A stretch of 64,000 nt of DNA. It comes from Eledone cirrhosa (Eukaryota). This document shows positions 1-10,938 of this stretch, piece by piece. The notes beneath the pieces are model-generated. The model ran no database searches. It saw only the letters and a program-made list of their open reading frames with translations, and had not been told where the DNA came from. Each line of letters starts with the position of its first letter. Position 1 is the stretch's first letter. Where the stretch lies: assembly GCA_964016885.1 (NCBI GenBank), contig OZ024740.1, positions 242,110,001 to 242,174,000 on the forward strand. Direction: 5' to 3'. Both the position numbers and the translations under genes were made by a program.

Positions 1-254
1 ACATATAATCTTGGACAACCAAATACTGGCACGCCCACGTACATACACAGACACAAGTGTGTGTGAGAGAGAGAGAGAGAAAGAGAGAGAGAGAATATGT
101 TTAGCTAACTTCCTATAAAGTTACATCTGATAAGAGGTTTCTCGGGTGTTACAATGATAGAGGCTATGGTCCTAGTATGAAAAGCAATGAGTAATGAAGC
201 ACCTTAGTTAAGAACACAACCTGCTGCCCAATCCATAAATCAAAACCTATAAGT

Positions 255-257
<3 letters not shown>

Positions 258-348
<91 letters not shown>

Positions 349-380
349 CGTGTGTGTGTGTGTTTGTGGGTGTGTGTGTG
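258..380. repeat. (TA)n then (TG)n microsatellite; representative of dozens of TA/CA/GA tracts in the window
   Basis: Directly visible dinucleotide runs. Confidence 0.98.
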
Positions 381-630
381 TAAATAGGGAGACACAAAGC
401 AGGCTTTCTTTACAAACGGCTAGTGAATTTGAAAATTAGGTAGTAACATGTGCTTACGCCGTATTTGACTATGTAGAATCAGTCTGTTAGTTGGGATTTT
501 AAAAAATCCACTGAATGGAAAATAGGATGATTATAGACGTACATGGGATACGAACCCACATCTTTAGTTTGACGGACCAATGTGTTATCATATATATATA
601 TATATATACATTATATATTATATATATATA

Positions 631-715
<85 letters not shown>

Positions 716-732
716 ATATATATATATATATA

Positions 733-1260
733 TGGTGGCTGCCAACTCGTTTTCGAGTACGGCCACTACTTTATATCCATGTAGGAGAACCCCTACCGAT
801 GCGCTGAACGTGTGTGACTTTTTAGTCCAGCCAGCGACTTGAAAACTCTGGTACAAACACTACACTTGTGACAATTACTGACACATAGTGCTGGGCCCAT
901 TGTACCCTGTGATGACAAGTGGAGAGAGATCTCCAGAAATAAAGCAATGCCTGTGCCGTGAAGCTTTTATAGTGAGCAAAGGCACTGCACAAAGCCAGTC
1001 CAACTCTCTTAACCAAGATGATATTTACCAAAAAGAAGAACAAGTTAACATCATTGGATACCATCAGAGTTGCAGGTGTTATATCAGAGTTTTCTTTCTC
1101 CTAGAATTCTGTCTTGACAAAGGCTAAGGGGTCATCTCTCCCGGTGATTTTGGATCGACATTGACTCTTAAGAGCTCCTTTGCCCTTTGACAGGTTTTGT
1201 TTTTAGTCCTGCAGGATGTCCAAAGTCACCCTCCTCACCAAGAAACCTTGGTGGGGTTGC
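733..1260 (-). mobile_element. Non-autonomous RTE-related element, copy 1 (5'-shortened)
   Basis: Direct repeat of 1400-1928; minus strand carries a CTAGGAGAA(A/G)GAAACTCTGAT motif typical of RTE 5' regions; its 3' end abuts (TA)n. Confidence 0.55.
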
Positions 1261-1399
1261 ACATACATACACACCTACATATATACATATATACCTACAT
1301 GCCTACATATACACATACATACCTACATATATACATACTTACCTACATATATACATACATACACACATACATACCTACATATATACATACATACACACA

Positions 1400-2006
1400 T
1401 GGTGGCTGCCAACTCGTTTTCGAGTACGGCCACTACTTTATATCCATGTAGGAGAACTCCTACCGATGCGCTGAACGAGTGTGACTTTTTAGTCCAACCA
1501 GCGACTTGAAAACTTTGGTACAAACACTCCAATTGTGACAATTATTGACACATAGTGCTGGGCCCATGGTACCATGTGACGACAAGTGCAGAGAGATCTC
1601 CAGATATAAAGCAATGCCTGTGCCGTGAAGCTTTTATAGTGAGCAAAGGCACTGCACAAAGCCAGTCCCATTCTCTTAACCAAGATGATATTTACCAAAA
1701 AGAAGAACAAGTCAACATCATTGGATACCATCAGGGTTGCAGGTGTTATATCAGAGTTTTCCTTCTCCTAGAATTCTGCCTTGACAAAAGCTAAGGGGTC
1801 TTCTCTCCCGGTGATTTTGGTTGGCCATTGACTCTTAAGAGCTCCTTTGGCCTTTGACAGGTTTTGTTTTTAGTCCTGCAGGATGTCCAAAGTCACCCTC
1901 CTCACCGAGAAACCTTGGTGGGGTTGCCAGTTTAGTCACCAACGACGCGACCATGAGACAGGTTGTACTGGGATACAGGTTACCAGTAGCACCAACGGGT
2001 GACCTG
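1400..2006 (-). mobile_element. Non-autonomous RTE-related element, copy 2
   Basis: Tandem copy of 733-1260 plus ~80 bp; 3' end abuts a (TACA)-rich tract; homologous to 36200-36920. Confidence 0.55.
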
Positions 2007-2258
2007 ATATATATATATATATATATATATACAGGTAATTAATCGTTAACCTGTTTAGCTTGGTTCGTTTTTTCGGCAACAGTGGCTATTGACTTCACAA
2101 CCACTGTTTTCATTTTGTGTGGCCTTTATAACACATGTTAATTGCTCTGGTTTCTTCTTAGTCCATTAAGCGCTTGCCGGCGTATATCGAAGATTGCGTT
2201 TCGTTTTGTTTTGGCCACCGCCGAAATACGATCTCGCTGAAATTATATTTGTATATGT

Positions 2259-2387
<129 letters not shown>

Positions 2388-2675
2388 GAGAGAGGGAGAG
2401 AGAGAGAGAGAGAGGGGGACGGAGATATAGATATAGATATGGTGAAAACAAACTGTGGACGTTAGAAAGAATATTTATACAGATCATGTTATATAAGGAA
2501 AGTGATAAAAAAAAGGGTTTGAAAAGGGCACCTGATATATATATATATTAAGGATACTATTTATAGTTATGTATATTTTAAACTATAAGCAGGGAAGGTC
2601 AGTAATTTATTACTACCTTATTACCAGTAAGATAAATAGCTCAATGTAAAAGCATCAGTTGTTCTACAGAGCAGT

Positions 2676-3020
2676 TATATAGAATTCACAAGAATCAAAA
2701 CTATATTCTAAACATTTATTGACTTACAATTGTTTCATCCAAACATAGGCTTGGTGTCTTCGGAGCATTATTTAATGCTTGTACATATAATTGACCTCCT
2801 ATCCAACGCAAGAGACATACAGATACATATATATAGTGGAGCGACATATATTATACTATACTATATTTGTATAGTAATCAAATTTAAAATCTAAATAAAA
2901 ATACATGCATGTACAAGCATTAAAAAATGCTTCGTAGACTCCTAGCCTAGGTTTGGCTGAAACAATTGTAAGTGAATAAATGTTTTGAATATAGCTTTGA
3001 TTCTTGTGAATTCTATATAT
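2676..3020. mobile_element. Fold-back Penelope-type pseudo-LTR pair with degenerate minimal hammerheads (2722-2766 -, 2929-2973 +)
   Basis: ~110-bp inverted arms 2676-2787/2909-3020; minus arm reads GCT-CCGAAGA-CACCAAGC..GTTTGGAT-GAAAC-AATT-GTA-AGT. Confidence 0.6.
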
Positions 3021-3039
3021 ACATATATATATATATATA

Positions 3040-3690
3040 AAGTATTAGTATATCTAGTAACATATTTATACACAGATGCATACTTATGCTAGCAAATATA
3101 TAGGTTTTGTCTTCGTAACTTTGTGGTTCAATGCATGGGGTTGCAGAACAATAGTTTGAGAGACGTAAAATAAGAAAATTATAAAATTAACTTACTAAAA
3201 TTTCCTATATATTTGCTATATATTTCCTATATATTTGCTAGCATAAGTATGCATCTGTGTATAAATATGTTACTAGATATACTAATTCTTTATAATTATC
3301 TCCAAATTATTTGTCGAGCAAAAAATTGGCCAAAACTGCTGCTATAGTAACAGCCCGGCTGCTGTCTTCTTAACAAACTACTCTCCACTGATTAACCTCG
3401 ATGTCACGTGATTAATTCTTTTGAATTTGCCACCGACGCAGTAGGCAGTGATTTTCTCAATGGCTTGGAATTTAGTCCACGATTTGCTTTTTCCATCCAC
3501 TGAATTATTTTTGTATAAGTTCCCTGTGTCCACGTATTGCCTGGAAACTTAGCTGAGAATATACTTCCCTGATGACGAAAGGCTTCTCCGTACAATTCTT
3601 CGGAAAGTATATTTATTCCCTTTCAGAAACTAATTAGTTGGGAGTGAAATTTTAGTAAGTAAGTTAATTTTATAATTTTCTTATTTTACG

Positions 3691-3697
<7 letters not shown>
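3040..3697 (+). mobile_element. Penelope-type pseudo-LTR family A with short inverted 5' copy, flanked by (TA)n
   Basis: Homologous to 7757-8893; inverted segment at 3040-3210; contains a hammerhead. Confidence 0.7.
3563..3645 (+). ncRNA. Type I minimal hammerhead ribozyme
   Basis: ACTTCC-CTGATGA-CGAAAGG...CCTTTCA-GAAAC-TAATTA-GTT-GGGAGT; stem I ACUUCC/GGGAGU; stem III palindrome ACTAATTAGT. Confidence 0.75.
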
Positions 3698-3754
<57 letters not shown>

Positions 3755-4118
3755 AGGATCTTTAGAACATGTATAAAAAAATTGTATATTCGATTGTGGC
3801 GTAATTAATTATATAATAAATATTTCTGCACAACACAGCATATTGATATGTGTGTGCGTGTGTGGGTGGGTGCGAGTGAGTGTGTGCCTTTGGGTGCATA
3901 TATTTGTGTGTGTGTGTGTGTGTCTGTGTGGGTGGTTGTTTGTATGTGCTTACTTGAATAATGATGGTATATAATTTCTCGGAATAACGAAATATTTCAT
4001 GTGTAAAGGATTTAGAAAGAATACGATTAAAAAGGCAAAATGTGATATCTAGTTCGAGGTATTGAGTTATTAAATATCTCATACTTAAATCTAATTAACC
4101 ATTAAAGTATTTACGTAG

Positions 4119-4149
<31 letters not shown>

Positions 4150-4152
<3 letters not shown>

Positions 4153-4480
4153 TTCGTTTTTGAATTTGTTTGCAAGATTTCTTATCTGAAAACGTGTGTT
4201 GAAACAGATATTGTTATATTTTGGGAGGGTCATGCTGCCAATAAAACATACGCGCTGCTCGTTTTCACTTCAATTTATCATACATTTCCGGTTGGTTGGT
4301 TCAATAACCGGGTGGTTGTTCATATATGGTCAAAGCGCTTTCGTCACACATTCCGTGACCTCCTCAGTGACTGATTTCTTATTTTGTGTCTCTCATTTAT
4401 TCTGTCCTACACTATATAATATAATAAATATTCTGTCCTACGCTGTATAATATAATAAAGAGAGACAAACATATATATAC
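4150..4480 (-). mobile_element. Penelope-type pseudo-LTR fragment (related to 7310-7450)
   Basis: Shares its terminus with 7311-7380; contains a hammerhead; flanked by (TA)n. Confidence 0.55.
4329..4371 (-). ncRNA. Type I minimal hammerhead ribozyme
   Basis: Minus strand GTCA-CTGAGGA-GGTCAC-GGAATGT-GTGAC-GAAAG-CG-CTT-TGAC; stem III palindrome AGCGCT. Confidence 0.75.
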
Positions 4481-4483
4481 ATA

Positions 4484-4675
4484 TATGCGTTCAAATCACA
4501 AGGGACGTAAACCGCTAGTGTGAAGAAAATGCTAACTAAGGATAGTACGGCTTGCTAGATTCAATTAAAAGGATAAATTAAGATTTACAACCCGATTATG
4601 GTAACTATCAACACCCAGACAGCTTTGGGTAGAACTCTTTCGCAATCAAGTGGTTTACGTCCCTTGTGATTAGAA

Positions 4676-4682
<7 letters not shown>
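4484..4682. repeat. Small inverted-repeat element in (TA)n
   Basis: ATGCGTTC(A)AATCACAAGGGACGTAAACC ... GGTTTACGTCCCTTGTGATT(A)GAACGCAT, ~40-bp arms. Confidence 0.7.
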
Positions 4683-4756
<74 letters not shown>

Positions 4757-4792
4757 GTGTGTGTTTGTCTCTCTTTATTACATTATTTTATA

Positions 4793-4896
<104 letters not shown>

Positions 4897-5002
4897 GTGT
4901 GTGTGTGTTTGTCTCTCTTTATTATATTATTTTATAAGACTCGGAAAATGTTTTCCTTGGGCTATTTTAATTATTGTGAGTTTTTAACTCAATATATACT
5001 TT

Positions 5003-5099
<97 letters not shown>

Positions 5100-5835
5100 T
5101 AAACAAAATAATTAAAGTATCATGTGTATACCTAGCAGGAACATACTGGTCAGAAATATGCTACCACCTTTATGAGGTTCTAAGTAAAGACGAGTGGTTT
5201 GAGTGGAAATGGTTAAATACAGAGAAAGTAACAAAATGTATTGAAAAGTCATATTCAATAATAATCATTCCGCGTTGCAAATAGCTTTACAGAAATGAAG
5301 CTCTAGTTGCACTATTTAGCAATAACCTTTTGATTAAATCCGTATTTGTGTTTGATTGAAATAGCATTTAACGATAACTCATTTGGGGAACGGAAAACTA
5401 AACGAACGGCCAATTAGACAGGAAACATGTGCAGGCGATTTCTTGTGTATTTCTGTGTACAAAGAGGATAACAATGTTTGTACAATTGGTTAGATTTTGT
5501 ACACTATTGCATATAAATTCTGTAGTTATAGTTACACTTATCTCATATACTTACACATCGCTGTGTAAAAATACTTATTGTTTAATCATACCAACGATGA
5601 ATACACACTATGCTCATTAGACTAGCCATTCAGTTATATCAAAGCTTGTATTTGATATATATCTCTTTGTGTAAAGAAGGATAAGAGCTTAAAGTAATTT
5701 GGTATATTTTTCTTTGTAAAAGAGGGAATAACAATGATTTTCTTCTTTGCTTAAATGTCCATAGCCTACCTAGAATTGTACGTGCATAAAGCGTATTTTC
5801 TTATATACCGTGTGTATATTCATTATATTATTATA

Positions 5836-5886
5836 TAGCCAGCCTGCCACCATGCATATATAATATGCATAGTGGCAGGCTGGCTA
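5836..5886. repeat. 24-bp-arm hairpin palindrome
   Basis: TAGCCAGCCTGCCACCATGCATAT / ATATGCATAGTGGCAGGCTGGCTA, one mismatch. Confidence 0.85.
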
Positions 5887-6139
5887 GGTCGTCAGCTTAA
5901 CTGATGGCAAGTGGGCACCTCTGGGGCCCACGGTATTATTTTAGGGGCCAATGCAACAACTTTGCTTTCAAAGAAAATATCGGACGTCCTAGAGAAAGAA
6001 TAAATAAATAATGAAGCAAAGCAATTGGTCAAATAATTCCCTAGGGAATAAATAGAAATCAGGACATATTATATTTCAGGCAGCCAGAAGCAAAATAATA
6101 CTTGATCTGACACGCATGCAAAATAATACTTAATTTGAC

Positions 6140-6620
6140 ACACACAACGATATTTTTAGTTAGACAATTGCCTTTAAAGGGGCAGGTTGAAGGGTTTTTA
6201 CAGTTACAGTTTATGTTAATTATTCTGGTATTATTAGGGTTAGAACATTGATGATGGATCATTGTTTGGAAGTTACGATTATTGCGGTTGTGATGACCGG
6301 TTACATCTACATTGTCTTGATTAGTACTATCTATGGACTTAATATTATCTTCCCTTAGTTTCATATTATTACTATTATTTCTATATTAAATAGCTAGTTA
6401 GATTAGGAGTAGTAGAGTAAGATATTTTTACAGTATTTTTTAGTAAGTATTGTATAATAACGATGGGTTGGATGAAGATTTTTCGCTTGGATATTACAAA
6501 CTAGTTTTCGTATATTAGAGGCGATGTGTTTACTAAATGGTGGGTTATATCATGTAGTGGGTTTCCTGTGAGTATATTTTAATATTTCCCGGCAGTGGGT
6601 TACCTGGGTTACGTCTAGGT
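6140..6620 (-). pseudogene. Penelope-like element fragment (linker / Zn region before GIY-YIG)
   Basis: Minus-strand peptides ISYSTTPNL and CNCKNPSTCPFKGNCLTKNIV, matching the other PLE copies in the window. Confidence 0.75.
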
Positions 6621-6767
6621 CCTCTGTATACATGTATACATGAATATATGTATAGTATATTTGGCAATATACTGTATGCTTAATTAAAAATATTTTGAAG
6701 AACTTGCGCTATTATTTTAAAGTAGTGTCTATGTCACTTACTTCTTTTTACAACAAACGAAAGGAGA

Positions 6768-6813
6768 TAAGCTGACAGATCGGTTTCACACTGTTGGTGA
6801 TCATCAGAGCTTA
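6768..6813 (-). ncRNA. Type I minimal hammerhead ribozyme
   Basis: TAAGCT-CTGATGA-TCAC-CAACA-GTGT-GAAAC-CGATCT-GTC-AGCTTA. Confidence 0.85.
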
Positions 6814-7151
6814 GCACTCGCCGACCTTTGTTGAAAATTATAGACGCTGGATTCTTATAGAATTCCAGTAATAATCAGGAACGGATTATACAGAGCGATT
6901 GCCGATCCAGCAAAAATTTAAAGACATAGTCACTACTTTAATAATAGCGCAAGGTCTTCAAAATGTTTTTAATTAAGCATACAGTATATTGCCAAATATA
7001 CTATACATACATTCATGTATACATCGCTATTTCAGTGCACCATTCCTAATTTTCAACTTTTGCTGGACCGGCAATCGCTATGTATAATCATTATTACCGG
7101 AATTCTATAAGAATCCAGCCTCTATAATTTTCAACAGAGGTCGGCGAATGC

Positions 7152-7197
7152 TAAGCTCTGATGATCACCAACAGTGTGAAACAGATCTGTCAGCTTA
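7152..7197 (+). ncRNA. Type I minimal hammerhead ribozyme, canonical core; predicted cleavage after C7191
   Basis: TAAGCT-CTGATGA-TCAC-CAACA-GTGT-GAAAC-AGATCT-GTC-AGCTTA; perfect 6-bp stem I; palindrome ACAGATCTGT. Confidence 0.9.
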
Positions 7198-7605
7198 TCG
7201 CCCTTCGTTTGTTGAAAAAAGAAGTAAGGTTTTCAAAATGTTTTTAATTAAGCATACAGTATATTGCCAAATATACTATACATATATTCATATATATATA
7301 TATATATATATTTCGTTTCTGAATTTGTTTAGCAAGATTCTTTATCTGAAAACGTGTGTTGAAACCGATATTGTTATACTCTTGAAGTGAAAGCTACTGG
7401 TGCGTGTGTTTCTTATTGGCAACATGACCCTTCCAAAGTATAACAATATATATATATATATAGTTGTTATATAGTAAGGTGCAATATTGGTTGTGTAAAA
7501 TGGTCCAATAACTTTATGTTAGCAATATTAAGTTCTCCACGCTTTTGTATATCTCCAATTCCATTCGAGGGAACAGTTAGATGATGTAAAACGGAGTATT
7601 CATTT

Positions 7606-7679
7606 TCACCTGATGAGATCAGTGATAATCGATCATGGCTTCACAATCGATCTATCTCTTATTGAAACATGTGTCGTGA
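7606..7679 (+). ncRNA. Type I minimal hammerhead ribozyme (degenerate stem II) in a pseudo-LTR fragment ~7465-7723
   Basis: TCAC-CTGATGA-...-GAAAC-ATGT-GTC-GTGA. Confidence 0.7.
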
Positions 7680-7718
7680 TTAAATGATTGGAATTGTACC
7701 TTGCCTTCGGATTTTCAT

Positions 7719-7756
<38 letters not shown>

Positions 7757-7760
<4 letters not shown>

Positions 7761-8893
7761 AATTAGTATATATACCAACATATATATATAGATGCATACC
7801 TATGCTAGCAAATATATAGGTTTTGTCTTAGTAACTTTGTGGTTCAATGCAAGAGGATGCAGAACAATTATATGAAAGACGTAAAATAAGAAAATTATAA
7901 AAATTAACTTACTTACTAAAATTTCACTCCAACTAATTAGTTTCTGAAAGGGAATAAACATGGTTTCCGAATGGAACAACATGGAGGATGCCTTTCGTCA
8001 TTAGGAAGTCAATTCTCAGCTAAGTTACCAGGCGATGCGTGGACACAGGGAACTTATACAAAAATAATTCAGTGGATGGAAAAAAGCAAGCGAGGACTAA
8101 ATTCCAAGACATTGAGAAAATCACTGCCTACTTGGTCGGTGGCAAATTCAAAAGAATCAATCACGTGACATCGAGATTAATCAGTGAGGAGTGGGGTGTT
8201 AAGAAGACAGTAGCCGAACTATTACTATGAACTATAGTAGCAGTTTTGGCAAATTTTTGCTCAACAAAATAATTTGGAGATAATTATAAAGAATTAGTAT
8301 ATCTACCAACATATATATACAGATGCATACCTATGCTTGCAAATATATAGGTTTTGTCTTAGTAACTTTGTGGTTCAATGCAAGGGGATGCAGAACAATT
8401 ATATGAATGACAAAGTTATTAAGACAAAACCTATATATTTGTTAGCATAGGTATGCATCTGTATATATATGTTGGTAGATATACTAATTCTTTATAATTA
8501 TCTCCAAATTATTTTGTTGAGCAAAAAATTTGCTATAGTTCATAGTAATAGTTCGGCTACTGTCTTCTTAACACCCCACCCCTCACTGATTAACCTCGAT
8601 GTCACGTGATTTATTCTTTTGAATTTGCCACCGACCAAGTAGGCAGTGATTTTTTCAATGTCTTGGAATTTAGTCCTCGCTTGCTTTTTTCCATCCACTG
8701 AATTATTTTTGTATACGTTCCCTGTGTCCACGCATCGCCTGGGAACTTAGCTGAGAATTGACTTCCTGATGACGAAAGGAATTCTCCATGTTGTTCCATT
8801 CAGAAACCATGTTTATTCCCTTTCAGAAACTAATTAGTTGGAGTGAAATTTTAGTAAGTTAATTTTTATAATTTTCTTATTTTACGTCTTTCA
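7757..8893. mobile_element. Penelope-type pseudo-LTR family A, head-to-head inverted pair with partial tandem repeat
   Basis: 7757-8410 (-) and 8415-8893 (+) are inverted copies; 7757-7875 is repeated at ~8288-8407; hammerheads at 7926-8009 (-, CTAATGA mutant) and 8761-8844 (+). Confidence 0.8.
8761..8844 (+). ncRNA. Type I minimal hammerhead ribozyme
   Basis: ACTTC-CTGATGA-CGAAAGGAAT...ATTCCCTTTCA-GAAAC-TAATTA-GTT-GGAGT. Confidence 0.75.
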
Positions 8894-8944
8894 TATATAT
8901 ATATATATAATTGTAGTTTAAATATAGAAAGGTAAATAACACTC

Positions 8945-9545
8945 CATGCCATGCTGCCCTCAACGAGGTCATTAAGAATAGCTTGGACGGTGTAGGCTTC
9001 CCCTCCCAGCTCGAGTCTGTGGGGCTGAACCGAGTGGATGGCAAAAGGCCAGACGGTATGACCATCTTCCCGTTCCGCGGTGGCAAACCCCTCGGCTGGG
9101 ATGCCAGTTGCAGCGACACTTTCTCCAGCCGCAACCTGATGTAGTCTGCGACTAACCCAGGTACTGCTGCACGTCGGGTTGAGGAGGCCAAACTCTCCAA
9201 GTACCGGTCACTCTCCGACAGGTTCGCGGTCGTGCCCTTGGCAGTGGAGACTTCTGGTGTCCTTGGCCCTAGGGCTACCTCCTTATTCACCACCATCGGC
9301 GCTGAGTTAGCCAGCAGCAGGTGTGAGCTTCGCGAATTGGAATTGCTCTTCCAGCGCATCTCCCTTACCATACTCCGGGGAAACGCCTTCTCCATCCTGT
9401 CCGCCGGGGCTGTGGGGAGGCCAGTACGTGCGACCCCATTTGCTCAAGATACGGATCAATAGGCAAAGTTATAAACTATTGTAAATAAATGTCAAAAGAC
9501 TAAAATAAAAAAAAATTAAAATTAAAAGAAGGAAAATAAAAAAGG
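8945..9545 (+). mobile_element. CRE-like RLE non-LTR retrotransposon 3' fragment with A-rich tail
   Basis: HAALNEVI..GLNRVDGKRPDGMTIFPFRGGKPLGWD..EEAKLSKY..PLAVETSGVLG..FQRISLTILRGNA (PD-(D/E)xK endonuclease), one internal stop. Confidence 0.8.
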
Positions 9546-10129
9546 GGAAATTTATCTAGAACTTTGTCTGGTGTATAGGAAAAAGGTGGGAAAATGGCCT
9601 GACACTAATTTAGTACGCATGTACATATAGCAATAGATAGGAAGTTTTAAGATGTATTTTTCTGTTTGCATATAGATTCATTTGAGTGTCTGTATGGTGT
9701 GCGGTGCGTGTGTGTGCGTGCGTTTGTGTGTGTGGGGGGGTGTATGTGTGTGTGTGCATATGTGTGTGTATTATTATTTCGTCAAAATTATTTCGATTTA
9801 TACTCCAGTTCATCATATCCTTTCCCTCGTGATGTTAACTAAAGTCAGATTTTTCATTTTTTTTCTTGTACCTCTGAATAGTAAAATACAGAATACTCGT
9901 TAGAAAGCCATTTTACATGCGGAATTATAAAGCTAGCAATATAACCTTGAACCAATTCCACTTTTACTCTGGAAAAAAACAAAAAAACAGTGGGCAAAGA
10001 ATAATAACAGTATAATTGCGTACAGAAATAATCTCAAAGTTGACATTTCCACTCAATGTTAGACATCTTAGAATCTTATCAGTGAATTTGTCACTTCTTA
10101 CAGCAGCCGACCTGATTCTGGTAAAGTCG

Positions 10130-10177
<48 letters not shown>

Positions 10178-10226
10178 GTTGTTGTTGTTGTTGTTGTTGT
10201 TGTTATTGTTGTTGTTGTTGTTGTTC
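10130..10226. repeat. (ATT)n-(GTT)n compound microsatellite
   Basis: Direct. Confidence 0.95.
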
Positions 10227-10619
10227 GTGATGCTGTTCTTGTAATTTATTTCATTTTAGTTTATCAGAGCTACATTATATTTATCAGGTCGGGGATAGCT
10301 ATCCAATTGAACAAGTCAAACCCACTTGTATTTAATATTTTGAAATTATTTATTTGCTTATTTACTGACTTTTCTTCGTTACATGATGGTGGTTGTGGAG
10401 GTCCTGTTTAAAAAGAACTTTCTCAGTTAGTATTCTAGCATACATCCTGAGTAAAATAAATTATATTATTGTTGTTGTTAGAGTCGTGAAGTGGTAGAAG
10501 TGTTAAGAGTACAAGTTAGATACTAAACAGAATAGAACTTACTTTCATCAGTTTATGTTCAGAGATGAAATCGTGCAGAGATGATCATCTTTTCTCTGGG
10601 TCGAATTAGTCGTGTTTTT

Positions 10620-10721
10620 AAAGGGCAAGACAAAATGCCCTGCACTATTTATTCTGGCTATCTGCAGTCTGAGTTCAGATCCCGACTAAATTAATATATG
10701 ACTTTCATTCTTTCAGAGTCA
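10620..10721 (+). mobile_element. Old tRNA-derived SINE, 5' half (continues at 29102-29130)
   Basis: B-box-like GAGTTCAGATCCC then GACTTTCATTCTTTCAGAGTCA, matching SINE core GCCTTTCATCCT..GGGGTCG. Confidence 0.6.
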
Positions 10722-10741
10722 TCGTCGTTATTATTATTATT

Positions 10742-10906
10742 TCGGAAGTCTCCCCACTATTGGGGAATTTTTCCTTGTTTTCTGTTATGTTACATCCTCT
10801 GTTTTTGTTTCTTACACGCAGAAATACCCATTTGTACCGTCCTGTATTGTCCTGTGTTGTCCTTAATGTTATACATTGTGTCAACCCTTGTGGCTAATAA
10901 AGAAAG

Positions 10907-10908
<2 letters not shown>
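10742..10908 (+). mobile_element. Tx1-like LINE family B, 3'-end fragment between ATT tracts
   Basis: Matches the 3' UTR at 27214-27357; ends CCCTTGTGGCTAATAAAGAAAGC-(ATT)n. Confidence 0.85.

Positions 10909-10937
<29 letters not shown>

Positions 10938-10938
<1 letters not shown>

Larger units (their letters stand above)
6640..7290. mobile_element. Fold-back pseudo-LTR pair with two hammerheads
   Basis: Inverted arms ~6640-6920 / ~7050-7290, plus a re-duplicated terminus at 6920-7025. Confidence 0.75.

Noticed and set aside
2178-2240. Degenerate hammerhead (TCGAAGA...GAAATACGATC)
   Set aside because: Core and stems are too degraded to support
8877-9395. 172-aa minus-strand ORF
   Set aside because: Antisense shadow of the plus-strand CRE-like endonuclease fragment
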